A stretch of 64,000 bases of DNA, from the IMG/VR virus record IMGVR_UViG_3300033156_000272, positions 1 to 64,000 of that record; one strand, written 5' to 3'. Source of the stretch: a virus. Both the position numbers and the translations under genes were made by a program. The notes beneath the pieces were generated by a model. It was not told the origin of the DNA. It did no database searches and saw only the letters and a program-made list of their open reading frames with translations. This document shows positions 26,732 through 37,400 of this stretch, piece after piece (position 1 is the stretch's first letter; each line of letters begins with the position of its first letter).

Positions 26732-27163
26732 ATGCCTGAACCAGCTGTATACGATATAAGAAAGGCCACGCTTAAAATAAACGGCGTAATAATCGAAGGC
26801 ATCGGTGAAGATGGATATGGAATCACTCCATCGGGTGAAACCACCCTAATCACTGGTCTCTTCGGGGAAAACGGTTTCAATGTAGACCCCAGTACCGGCG
26901 CTGAAGCAACGGTTAATCTGCAAAGTACAAGCCCATCAAATGAAATGTTGACCTTGCTAAAGAAGGTACAAGACGCTGGCACGCAGCAGCCATTCACGTT
27001 CGAAATTATCGTTGATTACGAATTTGTCGAAGCGTTTGGCTTCAAGTCACAGATAATCAACTACTGTCTGATTGTCGGCTGGCCTGAGCACGAGTCATCC
27101 AAAGAGTCAAACCAGTATGAATGGAAATTCATAGGCTATGGCTACGAGAGACAGCCCATATAA
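26732..27163 (+). CDS. Tail tube protein
   Basis: Follows sheath; YD...INGVIIEG...LQSTSPSN. Confidence 0.8.
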   Translation: MPEPAVYDIRKATLKINGVIIEGIGEDGYGITPSGETTLITGLFGENGFNVDPSTGAEATVNLQSTSPSNEMLTLLKKVQDAGTQQPFTFEIIVDYEFVEAFGFKSQIINYCLIVGWPEHESSKESNQYEWKFIGYGYERQPI

Positions 27164-27176
27164 GGAGGTAAACCGC

Positions 27177-27533
27177 ATGAGTGAGGAAAACCCGATCGAA
27201 AGTGCGAGCCTTGAAGAATTGTATGTCAGAGACGAGACAGTCGAAAAAGAACTCTTCGGAGTGAACTTCGAATTTCGGGAACTCAGTGGTGAAGACCTAC
27301 TGAACCTAGTGTCTGGTTGTACACTTCCGGATGGAAGCGTTGACAAGGTCAAGTACGCAAAATCGCTCTTCAAGAGAGCCATCTTAAAACCGAAAGAACT
27401 CGATGTTGGCAGATTGAAGGCAACTGTCCTGACCCAGCTAATTCAGGAAACTGAAGCTGCCTGTGGTCTCGGTGGTGATGCAATAAAAAACTTCGCAACA
27501 AGGTCAGAGGATATCCAGCCCTTTACCGAGTAG
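27177..27533 (+). CDS. Tail assembly chaperone (G form)
   Basis: Between tube and tape measure; GGAGG RBS. Confidence 0.75.
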   Translation: MSEENPIESASLEELYVRDETVEKELFGVNFEFRELSGEDLLNLVSGCTLPDGSVDKVKYAKSLFKRAILKPKELDVGRLKATVLTQLIQETEAACGLGGDAIKNFATRSEDIQPFTE

Positions 27534-27700
27534 CGTATGAGTGGAAGATCCCACCATCGCAGGTGAAGAAATGGAAAATCTCTGACCTGATGGAGTGTCA
27601 AGCGTATCTTGAGCTAATCGACGAAGCTCACAAGAACGGAGGAGGCAAGAGTAGCCGGTCCAAAAGCGGCAAGAAACTCTGCCAGTATCACTTTAAATAA
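27485..27700 (+). other. Programmed -1 frameshift site and chaperone GT extension
   Basis: A AAA AAC at 27485-27491; -1 frame is open for 69 codons (LRNKVRGYPALYRVAYEWKIPPSQV...) to TAA 27700. Confidence 0.8.
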
Positions 27701-27713
27701 GTAGGTGAAAACG

Positions 27714-30700
27714 ATGCCGATTGATATTCCCCTTGGAAATGTAGTAACAAGTTTCACAACACATGGTGAATCAGCAGTAGTAGCTGGTGCTATGGCTGTG
27801 GACAAAAATCTCAACCAAGTGAGGAATACAGGAGACAGCCTCCGCAACACTTTTCTATTTCTTTCTTTTGGAATGCTCGCCGCTGGCGGGATGATGTCTC
27901 GTATGGGAAAGCGATTGACAAACCTTTCTGATACGATGAGAGATACATACGCACAAATTGAGTTTGGTTCCGTTGTTGTAGGAACTATGCTCGGCAATGT
28001 AGATGAATCCATGAAAGAAGTCATGGAAACAGCAATAAGGCTTGGTCGTGAGACCGAGCGTACAGCTCAAGACGCTGTTGATGCAATGCGTAGGCTTGCA
28101 ATGGCGGGTTTCGACACTGCAGAGACTATGGGTTCAGTCGAAGCAGTTCTTAAATTAGCAACAATCGCAGAGGTTGATGCTGCAGCGGCAGCAGAATTGG
28201 CTGCTGGTGTTTTTCGTTCATTTGGATTTGAAGCACAAACTGCAGCTGATGCTGCTGCGGGAATGACAGAAGTGGTTAGTATGCTTGCGGCGGCTGCCTC
28301 AAGTAGTGCCGCAACTGCAGGGGAGCTGGCCGAAGCACTAAAGTTCGTTGGTGTAGTTGCGCAAGAAGTAGGATATACTGTCGAATCTGTACTATCTGCA
28401 TTGATGATTGGTGCAGATAACATGGTTAAGGCTGGAATAGCTGGTCGTGGATTGCGTATGTCCCTACTCAAACTATCTGGTCGAGTGGAAGCTATGAATG
28501 AAAATACGCTCTCACTTAGTGAAGCAATGCGAAAGTACAATCTCGAACTTTCTGACGCACAAGGAAACCTAAAGCCCCTCCCTGATCTCGTTGATGAATT
28601 CAGCGAAAAGCTCGGAGATCTTACCCAAACAGAGAAACTATGGATTCTACAGCAACTCACGACTGTTCGTGGGAGCACGCTATGGCTTGCGATGATGCAG
28701 GAAGGGGGAGACGCACTACGCCAGAATGAGGCCATGTTGCAGATTAGTGCGGCCAGAGAAGCCATATCTACAAAGACCAGAGAAGATTCAATTACAGTGC
28801 TTAAGAGATATAGAAGTAATATAGAGGATAGTGCGTCTGGTCTTCAGTGGCTAGTTAATGAGATGGGGTATACGGTGGAGGAAGCCAATACAATCAATGA
28901 TGCAGTATTTGCGCTGGCCGATAATCAGTCTCGATGGAATACTGCACTAGAAGAATCAAAAGAGCTTTCTGCAATAACCGCAGCTCGACTAGAAACCCTT
29001 GCGGGAACACAATTACTCCTCAAATCTAGTATGGATGCTCTCTGGGCTAGTCTAGCAGAAGGGGTTATCCCTGTCTTCACGACATTCAACCAGATAGTAC
29101 GAAGTCTTGCAGATTGGTTATCAACCCTCCCTGGCCCAATAAAGGCAATCATAGCACTTCTTGTACTAGCAACTGGAGTAATCCTTACAATATTAGGCGC
29201 TATGTTCAAGTGGGCTGGTACTATATTTATGCTTAATGCCGCGATCGCTGCTCTTGACAAAAAAGAGATGAAGAATATTGGTATAATGGGTCTCTGGTGG
29301 TTAAGCATAAAGAATATCTCTGGTGCGTCAAGGGGACTTGCTAGAGATGTTTTCCTCAAGAGCAGGGTAGTAGAGGCCGATAATAAAACCATCGCCTCTC
29401 ATGTTACTCTCCTTTCTGCTGAAGCAGCTCAATACAATATAACAAGTGGCGCAGTAATGACAGAAGCGGTCATTATACACGAAAGTACTGGAGCAAAAAT
29501 CAAACACAAACTCGCCACAATAGGACAGACAATCACCCTCAAGCTCAATACAATCGCCCTCAAAATAAGCACTGCAGTAACGGTATTTCACACCAAGATT
29601 CTTCGCATGGCCACTACAGGAGAGGCTCTTCATGCTTCTGCAATTCTTTCGAAGACGGGTGCACTCCGAGGACAAATTCTTGTTCTCAAAATATCAATTA
29701 GTGCAACAATAAGTCGTACTCTCGCAACAATAAAAGACACCATTGCAACAAAGCTATCTGCTGCTGCAGAATGGATTAGGACACACTCACTACTAGCCGC
29801 AATAGCAACTACGGCCATGCTCACTGCAAAGATACTGTTCAATACAATTGCACTGGGGGCAAATCTAGCACTTATAGGGATGCATACTGCGGCCACTATT
29901 ACATGGGCAGCTGCTAAGTGGGTGGCTACTGCTGCAACTGGCGTTCTCACTACTGCAATGTGGGCACTCAATGCTGCGATGTATGCAAACCCACTGGTAT
30001 GGATAATTGCTGGAATCGCCGGTCTGATTGCAATAATATACCTCCTAATCACCAATCTAGACAAGGTGGTTGAAGTCTTTAGTAAACTAGCATCACTCAT
30101 AGGGGGATTCTTTAAGTCCGTACTCGACGGAATAGTATCTTCAATCAGTTTTCTCGTTGGACTCTTTCAGTCACTTAGAGATATAATAGAAGACACTCTC
30201 GGAACCTTCTGGGATATGGCTAGTGGGGTTGGAGCGCTTCTCGGCAATTCAATCATTCCCGATTATGTTGAACATGGTGTGGGTGAGATAGGCGATAGCT
30301 TTAAAAAGATGGAAGGTATGGCAACTAACTTCACGCAGAACGTTACAGCAGCTGTTGGGCCATCAGTTATTGAATCGCCAATTACTAATCCACCAGTTAT
30401 TGAACCACCAATTACTAATCTACCAATTACTAATCCACCAATTACTAATCTACCAATTACTAATCCACCAGTTATTGAACCACCAATTATTGAACCACCA
30501 ATTATTGAATCACCAATTATCAATCCACTGGCTATCGAGACATCACCAGTTATTGAACCACCAGTTAATGAATCATCGTCACTTTCTCGGGGTATTGGCA
30601 ACATATCACCAACACCGCCAGTAGAGCGCACAACATCTGTCAATGTTGGCTCGTCGATAGGTAGCGTTACCGTTGGCAGTGCAGAAGATTTGGATAAGGT

Positions 30701-30779
30701 TGAAGAAATGATGAAACGTAGAGACGCAGAATTGATGAGAGAGATATCATTCAAGCTCAACAAGCAGAGAGGATTCTAA
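27714..30779 (+). CDS. Tape measure protein
   Basis: About 1020 aa, Ala-rich; TP901-like core (LAMAGF, GIAGRGLR); ALNAAMYANP motif. Confidence 0.92.
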   Translation: MPIDIPLGNVVTSFTTHGESAVVAGAMAVDKNLNQVRNTGDSLRNTFLFLSFGMLAAGGMMSRMGKRLTNLSDTMRDTYAQIEFGSVVVGTMLGNVDESMKEVMETAIRLGRETERTAQDAVDAMRRLAMAGFDTAETMGSVEAVLKLATIAEVDAAAAAELAAGVFRSFGFEAQTAADAAAGMTEVVSMLAAAASSSAATAGELAEALKFVGVVAQEVGYTVESVLSALMIGADNMVKAGIAGRGLRMSLLKLSGRVEAMNENTLSLSEAMRKYNLELSDAQGNLKPLPDLVDEFSEKLGDLTQTEKLWILQQLTTVRGSTLWLAMMQEGGDALRQNEAMLQISAAREAISTKTREDSITVLKRYRSNIEDSASGLQWLVNEMGYTVEEANTINDAVFALADNQSRWNTALEESKELSAITAARLETLAGTQLLLKSSMDALWASLAEGVIPVFTTFNQIVRSLADWLSTLPGPIKAIIALLVLATGVILTILGAMFKWAGTIFMLNAAIAALDKKEMKNIGIMGLWWLSIKNISGASRGLARDVFLKSRVVEADNKTIASHVTLLSAEAAQYNITSGAVMTEAVIIHESTGAKIKHKLATIGQTITLKLNTIALKISTAVTVFHTKILRMATTGEALHASAILSKTGALRGQILVLKISISATISRTLATIKDTIATKLSAAAEWIRTHSLLAAIATTAMLTAKILFNTIALGANLALIGMHTAATITWAAAKWVATAATGVLTTAMWALNAAMYANPLVWIIAGIAGLIAIIYLLITNLDKVVEVFSKLASLIGGFFKSVLDGIVSSISFLVGLFQSLRDIIEDTLGTFWDMASGVGALLGNSIIPDYVEHGVGEIGDSFKKMEGMATNFTQNVTAAVGPSVIESPITNPPVIEPPITNLPITNPPITNLPITNPPVIEPPIIEPPIIESPIINPLAIETSPVIEPPVNESSSLSRGIGNISPTPPVERTTSVNVGSSIGSVTVGSAEDLDKVEEMMKRRDAELMREISFKLNKQRGF
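30363..30575 (+). repeat. 15-nt tandem repeat in tape measure C-terminus
   Basis: About 13 units CCARTTAYTRAWYYA encoding PITNP/PVIEP. Confidence 0.9.
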
Positions 30780-31396
30780 TGATAGCATCAGATATAGATA
30801 TCAAACTCAATGGCAATTGGTACCGTAGGGTCAATTCAATAATCACATACAAGAATAAGAAGGTGGTTGACTTAACAAAGCATCTGGTTGTCGATAAACA
30901 AGTTGTATTTGATGCTAAAGCAAAGGAACCACAGATACTCGAAATAATTTTTATTGTCGACTTTAAGAGAGCAGAAGATATTAGATTCTTCAATGACTTG
31001 CTCATTTCCACTGAAAGCATTTATGTTTCTATTATCAATACTACAGATATAAAATTCAATAATATGGCAATAGAAAAAATGAAGGTTACACGAATACCAA
31101 GTTCGATATATAGCAGGACAGTAAATGTAAAATTCGTGGAGATTAAAGTAGACGAACAACTAGAAGAATACCCAATAACAGAAGATGATACTCTCCTAGA
31201 TGTAGTTGATCGCATTACTGATATTAATCTCGATACCGGGGAAGAATATGGCGTGACGAGCGCCGATATAGAATATAACTGGAGTGATGCATATGAAATA
31301 TATGGCCTTCCCATTGTGTATGATGATGATCCAAATACTACAGAGAATACTCCTAGCGAAGACATAGACTCGTGGGACCATATAACACTAGGGTAG
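30779..31396 (+). CDS. Tail tube initiator / Dit-like protein, paralog A
   Basis: After TMP; EP..LEI...NMAIEKMKVTRIPSSIYSR. Confidence 0.5.
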   Translation: MIASDIDIKLNGNWYRRVNSIITYKNKKVVDLTKHLVVDKQVVFDAKAKEPQILEIIFIVDFKRAEDIRFFNDLLISTESIYVSIINTTDIKFNNMAIEKMKVTRIPSSIYSRTVNVKFVEIKVDEQLEEYPITEDDTLLDVVDRITDINLDTGEEYGVTSADIEYNWSDAYEIYGLPIVYDDDPNTTENTPSEDIDSWDHITLG

Positions 31397-31401
31397 ATAT
31401 A

Positions 31402-31713
31402 ATGAAAGTGAGAAGGTTTACGATCAAGCGTCAAGGCCTGCCAATGATGGAACACCTTAAGATAGACGAGGCATCCTACAAAATCAGAGTGTGGTGGAAC
31501 GAGGGCTATGTTCTAAGCATGATGCGGATGATTAGTAGAGAGGTCGTAATATCTACACGAATATCTGGCCAAGGATTTCATACCGCGCGTAATAGTAATG
31601 AACAGGTGTTATTTGGGCTATATGTGTCTTCATACTCAGAAGAACAATTCACTCTGGTATTAGTATGCAACCAAACAGAGTACAACGAACTGAGGGGGTT
31701 GGTACATGACTAA
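31402..31713 (+). CDS. Small baseplate protein, paralog A
   Basis: RVWWNEGYV motif. Confidence 0.5.
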   Translation: MKVRRFTIKRQGLPMMEHLKIDEASYKIRVWWNEGYVLSMMRMISREVVISTRISGQGFHTARNSNEQVLFGLYVSSYSEEQFTLVLVCNQTEYNELRGLVHD

Positions 31714-32551
31714 TATTACATATGAGCAATGGATATCTCACCTAGACGAGGCAACTAATACAGGTGCATACGATGTCGTTCAGAAAACTCCCCCTCCTCC
31801 CTTCCTGGATACAGCTACTATAACACTCGGCATCGGAAATAAGATATATGAGGGCATTCGTTCAATTAGTGGTCTTGAATTCACTCTATCCGCAGATCTA
31901 AGTAAGTATCAAGTAGAAGGAAAGGATGTTGTATTTGACTCTAGCGAAATGGAACCAATAGATATTACTATTAATTTTATATTAGATATTAGACAAATAG
32001 ATATGAGACGCCTGCTGCAAACTTTAGAATCAGCACATGATAACCTATACTTATGCACTCTTGTTACATTTGAATTATATGTTTCTAACTTAGGGATTAA
32101 GAACCTTGAAATAACGAGAGTTCCAGGTGCAGTATACACAAGAATGATAAAGCTCCAACTCGAAGAGATTAAAATAGAGGAGTTGTCTGGAGAGGCTGCT
32201 CTCACGGATGATGAATTAACGAACATTACTAGTGAACTCAGGCAGATATCTCTAGATTCAAAACCAAAGAGTGTAACTATAAAACCCGAGGCAGCGACGA
32301 TATATGGTGTCACAATTGGGCCTTCTACCGAATCTCTTCGTCAATTAGAACAGACAATGGATGATTATTATAATATTCAACAAGTCATCTCGCAGCTAGA
32401 TTATGCACACCCATATCAGGCAACTGGTTGGGTAGCACCCGAACTTCCCGCATATGATACTAACGACATGACAGAGGAGCAATTCACCGAAATGAGACTG
32501 TGGGCGGAAGAACTGGTTCCTCATATTATACCGGGAGAGTATGAAGAGTGA
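31706..32551 (+). CDS. Tail tube initiator / Dit-like protein, paralog B
   Basis: EPIDITI...NLGIKNLEITRVPGAVYTR. Confidence 0.5.
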   Translation: MTNITYEQWISHLDEATNTGAYDVVQKTPPPPFLDTATITLGIGNKIYEGIRSISGLEFTLSADLSKYQVEGKDVVFDSSEMEPIDITINFILDIRQIDMRRLLQTLESAHDNLYLCTLVTFELYVSNLGIKNLEITRVPGAVYTRMIKLQLEEIKIEELSGEAALTDDELTNITSELRQISLDSKPKSVTIKPEAATIYGVTIGPSTESLRQLEQTMDDYYNIQQVISQLDYAHPYQATGWVAPELPAYDTNDMTEEQFTEMRLWAEELVPHIIPGEYEE

Positions 32552-32874
32552 GAACTGTTGAAATAGAATATTCAGAATTGCCCGTCTATCGGTACATTAC
32601 AGTAGGAAAAGAGAAGTTCTATTTTCGTATGTGGTGGAACGAGGGATATGTAATACATTGTTTCAGAATGCAGGGTCCTGAAGTGGTACTTTCTTCCAGA
32701 CTCACTCCCGCAAGCATTCACACATGCAGGAACTCTTATCAGCAATTCCTATTTGCACTTGCTATTGTGGATTATACAGAAAAATCAATAGTCATTGCAA
32801 TTATACAGAATCTATATGATCTAACAGAATTTATAGACCCGGAGGATCCAATATTTGACCCTATACGCGAATAA
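32548..32874 (+). CDS. Small baseplate protein, paralog B
   Basis: RMWWNEGYV motif. Confidence 0.5.
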   Translation: MRTVEIEYSELPVYRYITVGKEKFYFRMWWNEGYVIHCFRMQGPEVVLSSRLTPASIHTCRNSYQQFLFALAIVDYTEKSIVIAIIQNLYDLTEFIDPEDPIFDPIRE

Positions 32875-33955
32875 TCCAGGCGCAATACAGCCAAAATACG
32901 ATATACCGTTTAAGTATGTGGAATTGCGCGTATTCACATCAGGAGGAGACAACTATATCCTCAAGAGTGCGACTAGACCTAACGGCCGTGGTTTCAATAT
33001 ACACTTCAGTGTAAATCTAGATGATACACTCGAGCCAGATACTGCAACTATCAAACTACACGGATTCAATAAACCAATCAGGAAGGGTGATATTATAACC
33101 GTTAGAGCATTCTATATAAGGTCGAGAATGTATATTGATCCGGCATATGGAAGGATATTTTCGGGATCTGTTAAATTCATGCATGAAGAATACCAGGATG
33201 GAGAGCGCATCATTACACTACAATGTATCAATAATGCATATAAGCTCCTCAGCCAGAAAGTTGGAGGGAAGTTTCCAAAAGGAACTCTTATCCGCGATGT
33301 GTGGCTTGTTCTTACATCTAATGTATTTGCCAACTACTTCGGTAAATCATGGACCGGGTGGGGGCGCATTGGAAGCATAAAAGGATTTACTAGTATACTT
33401 GCGGGGTGGGGGTTCTCAAATATGGTAGAAATTCTTCAAATGAACAGTCTCAGCAAATTGCGTAGCACATACCTTGAAGAAATTTCTACTGTCTTCTATA
33501 TGCCATACTATCCACATCAGGCATTGACAGAGGAAATAGACTTTGATGTAAACGACACACTATATACCCACCTAGGCAGACTCGCTCAAGAGACACAATG
33601 GAAAATATTTACGAGTGATAACAGAATATTCTTTGTCTCTCCCGACTGGAATGCTGGAGTGGTACCGTTCATGGTGAGAAAAGGAAAGCAATTCTATGTA
33701 GCGCATCCTATAGATAATGAATCAGATTATGCTGGCTCAACCCATCAGTTTAAGTTCAGATTCTATCCACAACTACGCCCCCATGTAGCATTTAGAATAG
33801 AGGAGGGAAGACTTTATCAGATTAAATCCGTAAACTATATGTGTGATGACTCAACTTTCTTCGCAGATGTTGGTGCTACTATTGGCCGAGTAGTAGACTA
33901 TTCATACTATTACGGACTCAGAGAAGACTTTATAAGGGCAGGAGGTACAATATGA
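32855..33955 (+). CDS. Baseplate hub protein
   Basis: IHFSV...PDTATIKLHG...GRIFSGSV...YPQLRP; position. Confidence 0.65.
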   Translation: MTLYANNPGAIQPKYDIPFKYVELRVFTSGGDNYILKSATRPNGRGFNIHFSVNLDDTLEPDTATIKLHGFNKPIRKGDIITVRAFYIRSRMYIDPAYGRIFSGSVKFMHEEYQDGERIITLQCINNAYKLLSQKVGGKFPKGTLIRDVWLVLTSNVFANYFGKSWTGWGRIGSIKGFTSILAGWGFSNMVEILQMNSLSKLRSTYLEEISTVFYMPYYPHQALTEEIDFDVNDTLYTHLGRLAQETQWKIFTSDNRIFFVSPDWNAGVVPFMVRKGKQFYVAHPIDNESDYAGSTHQFKFRFYPQLRPHVAFRIEEGRLYQIKSVNYMCDDSTFFADVGATIGRVVDYSYYYGLREDFIRAGGTI

Positions 33956-34506
33956 GCTTTGTAAAAGAAATAGAAGAACGCATTGCACACCAGCTAGCCA
34001 AAAACCGCATATGCATTCCTGGTATAATTACGAAAGTATATGATGATCTCTCAGTAGATGTAAAGGCCAAAGATACTACAATGCTTCCTCTTGGTCACGT
34101 GCCCGTAATGACGATTAAATACGGGGATACATATATTCTCTCTCGCCCGAAAGTTGACGATCAGGTTCTCATCCTGATGTCACAATATGACATTCGTACT
34201 ATGATCGAGAGGAAGGAGACATACACCCTCCAAAATCCCACATACGCACCTAGAGGGGCTGTTGTATTGTGTGGCTTCTTCGAGCGAGTAGAAGGGGTAG
34301 AATTTCCTGAAGAAGGGGTGATCAACATAAAGGGAAATGTGTCGATGTCCCCAAATCGTTGGTTTCAACCCCCACTATTAGATCATACAGAGGAAGGTAT
34401 GATGGTTGTAGGATGGGGAATAGCAGAAGAAGGCCGCTTTTGGTTCAACACTACGCAACACAGGTTCCGCGGATGGAACGGAACAGTATTAGTAGATCTA
34501 AGCTAA
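33952..34506 (+). CDS. Baseplate spike protein (gp138/gpV-like OB fold)
   Basis: CIPGIITKV...VDV...HVPV...PKVDDQVLIL. Confidence 0.7.
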   Translation: MSFVKEIEERIAHQLAKNRICIPGIITKVYDDLSVDVKAKDTTMLPLGHVPVMTIKYGDTYILSRPKVDDQVLILMSQYDIRTMIERKETYTLQNPTYAPRGAVVLCGFFERVEGVEFPEEGVINIKGNVSMSPNRWFQPPLLDHTEEGMMVVGWGIAEEGRFWFNTTQHRFRGWNGTVLVDLS

Positions 34507-34522
34507 ACAATAAGGTGATAAG

Positions 34523-35635
34523 ATGGCAACTATACCAACACTACTTGAACCGCCAGAACCGAACTATGGTGTAAAGACGTATGGTTTCGAAAGAAAACTA
34601 TATACCACCATTCTCGAAGAAAAGAAACAGCTCGCTCGGCTACTACTCGGCGAAGATACATTTCTCGACGAAGGAAGTCAACTGCTACTTCTTCTCGAAC
34701 TTATATCGTTCGAAGAAGCACGGCTGTGGGGAGTAATCGAGGATTCATATTTCGGTGGATTTGTACAAACAGCAACAGGAAGACAGCTTACGAGCTTAGC
34801 TGAACTGGTAGGTATATCGAGAATATCTGCAAAGCATGCATCTGGAAACCTTACTGTAACGGCTAACTCTGGAACATACATCCCTGCAACTACACTGTTC
34901 TCAACATCAGACGGCCGTCTCTACCTTACTACTCGTGCAGTAACATATGTTGTAACAGGAAGCATGTTCGTTGAAGTTCGCGCAGTATTTGCAGGACCAA
35001 GTGGAAATGTCGGTTCTGGAGAAATTGTAAACATAGTGAATCCGATAGTGGGTGTATCTACAGTCACTAATGCAGTATCATTTAACAACGGGCAGGAAGC
35101 TGAAACAGATGCCGTTCTCAGAGTGAGGTTGCAACAGACGTTCAAGAACCGGTATGGCACGGTCGAGGGAATTCGCGGAGCATTGTTGGAACTCGAAGGA
35201 ATATCTGCAGTGGAAGTTGTTGAAAATACAGGAACGCATTCAGCAGCTCTATATATATACGACAAGACACCCCCAAATCAAGATATTGATGACATAGTTA
35301 GTAACTGGCGACCCGTGGGGATCAGCATTACATGGGCAGGAGTTACTACAGTCCCTATCTACGTAAGTTTGGACGTAGAATTTGAGGACGGATATGATGG
35401 ATACGAAGGAACCCTAAAACAGAGCATAGTAGATTACATAATGGGTCTAGCTCCCGGAGATGATGTAGATTATGAATCCGTAATAGGTGCTGCTTGGTCT
35501 GCAGGGCATATCATTAAAATAAATGCCGTTAAAATAGACACAGTATCTCCTCCTGCCGGTGTGATAGATATCGTAATAGCTTCCGGGAATAAAGCAACGT
35601 GCCAGCTAGCAGATATAGACGTAACGCTCTTATAG
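34523..35635 (+). CDS. Baseplate J-like wedge protein
   Basis: ATGRQL...GISR...GPSGNV...GQEAETDAVLRVR...GTVEGI. Confidence 0.9.
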   Translation: MATIPTLLEPPEPNYGVKTYGFERKLYTTILEEKKQLARLLLGEDTFLDEGSQLLLLLELISFEEARLWGVIEDSYFGGFVQTATGRQLTSLAELVGISRISAKHASGNLTVTANSGTYIPATTLFSTSDGRLYLTTRAVTYVVTGSMFVEVRAVFAGPSGNVGSGEIVNIVNPIVGVSTVTNAVSFNNGQEAETDAVLRVRLQQTFKNRYGTVEGIRGALLELEGISAVEVVENTGTHSAALYIYDKTPPNQDIDDIVSNWRPVGISITWAGVTTVPIYVSLDVEFEDGYDGYEGTLKQSIVDYIMGLAPGDDVDYESVIGAAWSAGHIIKINAVKIDTVSPPAGVIDIVIASGNKATCQLADIDVTLL

Positions 35636-35645
35636 GGGTGAAACT

Positions 35646-36932
35646 ATGACAATGAGAGACCCTCTGTATGAAGACAAATTCGATGGTCCATCCCCATATC
35701 TTAATCCAGATATATGGGCTACTGATAAAGGACCTACTCCACTCACAAGAAGATTCGGGAAGCTGTTTCGAGCCAGCAATCTATACATGAGAACGATAGA
35801 CGAAAAAGCACACGGTGCCTGGCTAATACGCGCATCTTTTCATATATCTGGTTCAAATCCATCTATATATTTCAACATGTCTCATTCTTCTGGGTTGTAT
35901 CAGATATGGTTAGAACATATTTTTGACAAGTGGTATATCTATATAAACTGGAAAGAAGGTGCATCGTCTCCAACACTAGTAGCTCCATATATAATAGCAA
36001 CAGTGTCATCAGCCGACTTTGACAGTGATACATTTGTACAAGAACCATGTGTAATGTTCGTAAAACACACATATCACGTTGATGTATATTTTGGGTACCA
36101 ACTCATAACTCGAATATACTTCAGAAAAGACCTAACTCCTATATATGATAAAATGTTATCACACTTGAGTCTGCAAATACTAAAGGATGTCGGGCTAGCA
36201 TACTATGCATACTTCGAAGACAATTTCTGCTATGACTACGCAAACAATCTAACCTCTAAAATCCCCAAGTGGCAAACGATAGACAACTGGGAGTCTATTA
36301 TAAATATACAAACAGAGATAGCCGAATTTGAATATATGAATATAAGCTTCCTAAATCTATACAAAAACATTAATGCCCATAAAACACAATCCTTGATAGG
36401 GTATATCGCATCACACGTAGGAGCGGCAGAAGAAACTGGCACTCACGATTCAATGGCCGCCCAGTGGAGCGCTACCGGTATAGAGCGCAATATGTTTGGA
36501 CCAGATTTTAAAGTGTTCAATTGGGCAAAACCTGGGGTTTTTCCTGACCACACCATATATCACGCACCTCCACGAGAATATGCATCTATATTCGTTACAG
36601 GCAAAATAGGAGGAATGCGCCCAGATACTAAACACGCATACAAAAACATAGTATGGGCTTCATACCCTGCAGCGACCGCCGTTGCGGTGTTCGACAACTA
36701 TCAGGACTCTGGTGCTTATGGTCATGTTACTCCCTTTGTACGCATGAAAACAGATCTTACAGCAAGTGTCGGGGCACCGAGACTACCAGATCGTTCTAGC
36801 TCCCTCTTCCAAACAAACTGGCACAATAAATTCAAGGTACTTGGACTGGTGTGTGATGATGTGGGGTTCGTAGGAGATTCAGAAGATACTGCAATAACTT
36901 GCTATGATGAAGTAACATATACAATAACTTAA
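35646..36932 (+). CDS. Baseplate-associated protein
   Basis: Follows J; long ORF with RBS. Confidence 0.45.
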   Translation: MTMRDPLYEDKFDGPSPYLNPDIWATDKGPTPLTRRFGKLFRASNLYMRTIDEKAHGAWLIRASFHISGSNPSIYFNMSHSSGLYQIWLEHIFDKWYIYINWKEGASSPTLVAPYIIATVSSADFDSDTFVQEPCVMFVKHTYHVDVYFGYQLITRIYFRKDLTPIYDKMLSHLSLQILKDVGLAYYAYFEDNFCYDYANNLTSKIPKWQTIDNWESIINIQTEIAEFEYMNISFLNLYKNINAHKTQSLIGYIASHVGAAEETGTHDSMAAQWSATGIERNMFGPDFKVFNWAKPGVFPDHTIYHAPPREYASIFVTGKIGGMRPDTKHAYKNIVWASYPAATAVAVFDNYQDSGAYGHVTPFVRMKTDLTASVGAPRLPDRSSSLFQTNWHNKFKVLGLVCDDVGFVGDSEDTAITCYDEVTYTIT

Positions 36933-36945
36933 GGAGTGTAACATA

Positions 36946-37395
36946 ATGAAAGGAATAGTAGAAATAAGAATAGACAAGAAGATCGTGCTGGTAAAGGAAA
37001 ACCAACTCCATGATGATCTCTTCTCTACCATTATCAATTCTCTAAGAACACAGACACCCGCACTAACAACAATTAAAGCTCTTAGTATCGGAGAAGGATG
37101 GAGTGGTGAGACTCGATGGGATAAGGATGTTGATACAGAGAATCAGAGGATAACTGCGTTCACGACAGCGAAAGGAGACACTACATATGGTTATTATATA
37201 AAATACCGTTTCTTCTGGACAAATGCAACGGGGGGAGATATACTTCTCTCTACAATGGCAATGGTCTTCCAAGACGCAGATCCAGGGAGTAGGGATGTTT
37301 GTGCAGTAATGGAAGTTAGTGCAAATCCAGTGACCATAGCAAATGGACAGCAGCTCGATGTATACTGGAAAATAATTATGGACTATCACGCATAG
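36946..37395 (+). CDS. Baseplate/fibre attachment protein, paralog A
   Basis: KG.VEI...NQL...LSIGEG...WKIIMDYH. Confidence 0.45.
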   Translation: MKGIVEIRIDKKIVLVKENQLHDDLFSTIINSLRTQTPALTTIKALSIGEGWSGETRWDKDVDTENQRITAFTTAKGDTTYGYYIKYRFFWTNATGGDILLSTMAMVFQDADPGSRDVCAVMEVSANPVTIANGQQLDVYWKIIMDYHA

Positions 37396-37400
37396 GAGGA

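Noticed and set aside
30263-30763. Alternative-frame ORFs 30355-30624 (+) and 30263-30763 (-)
   Set aside because: By-products of the stop-free 15-nt repeat within the tape measure gene.
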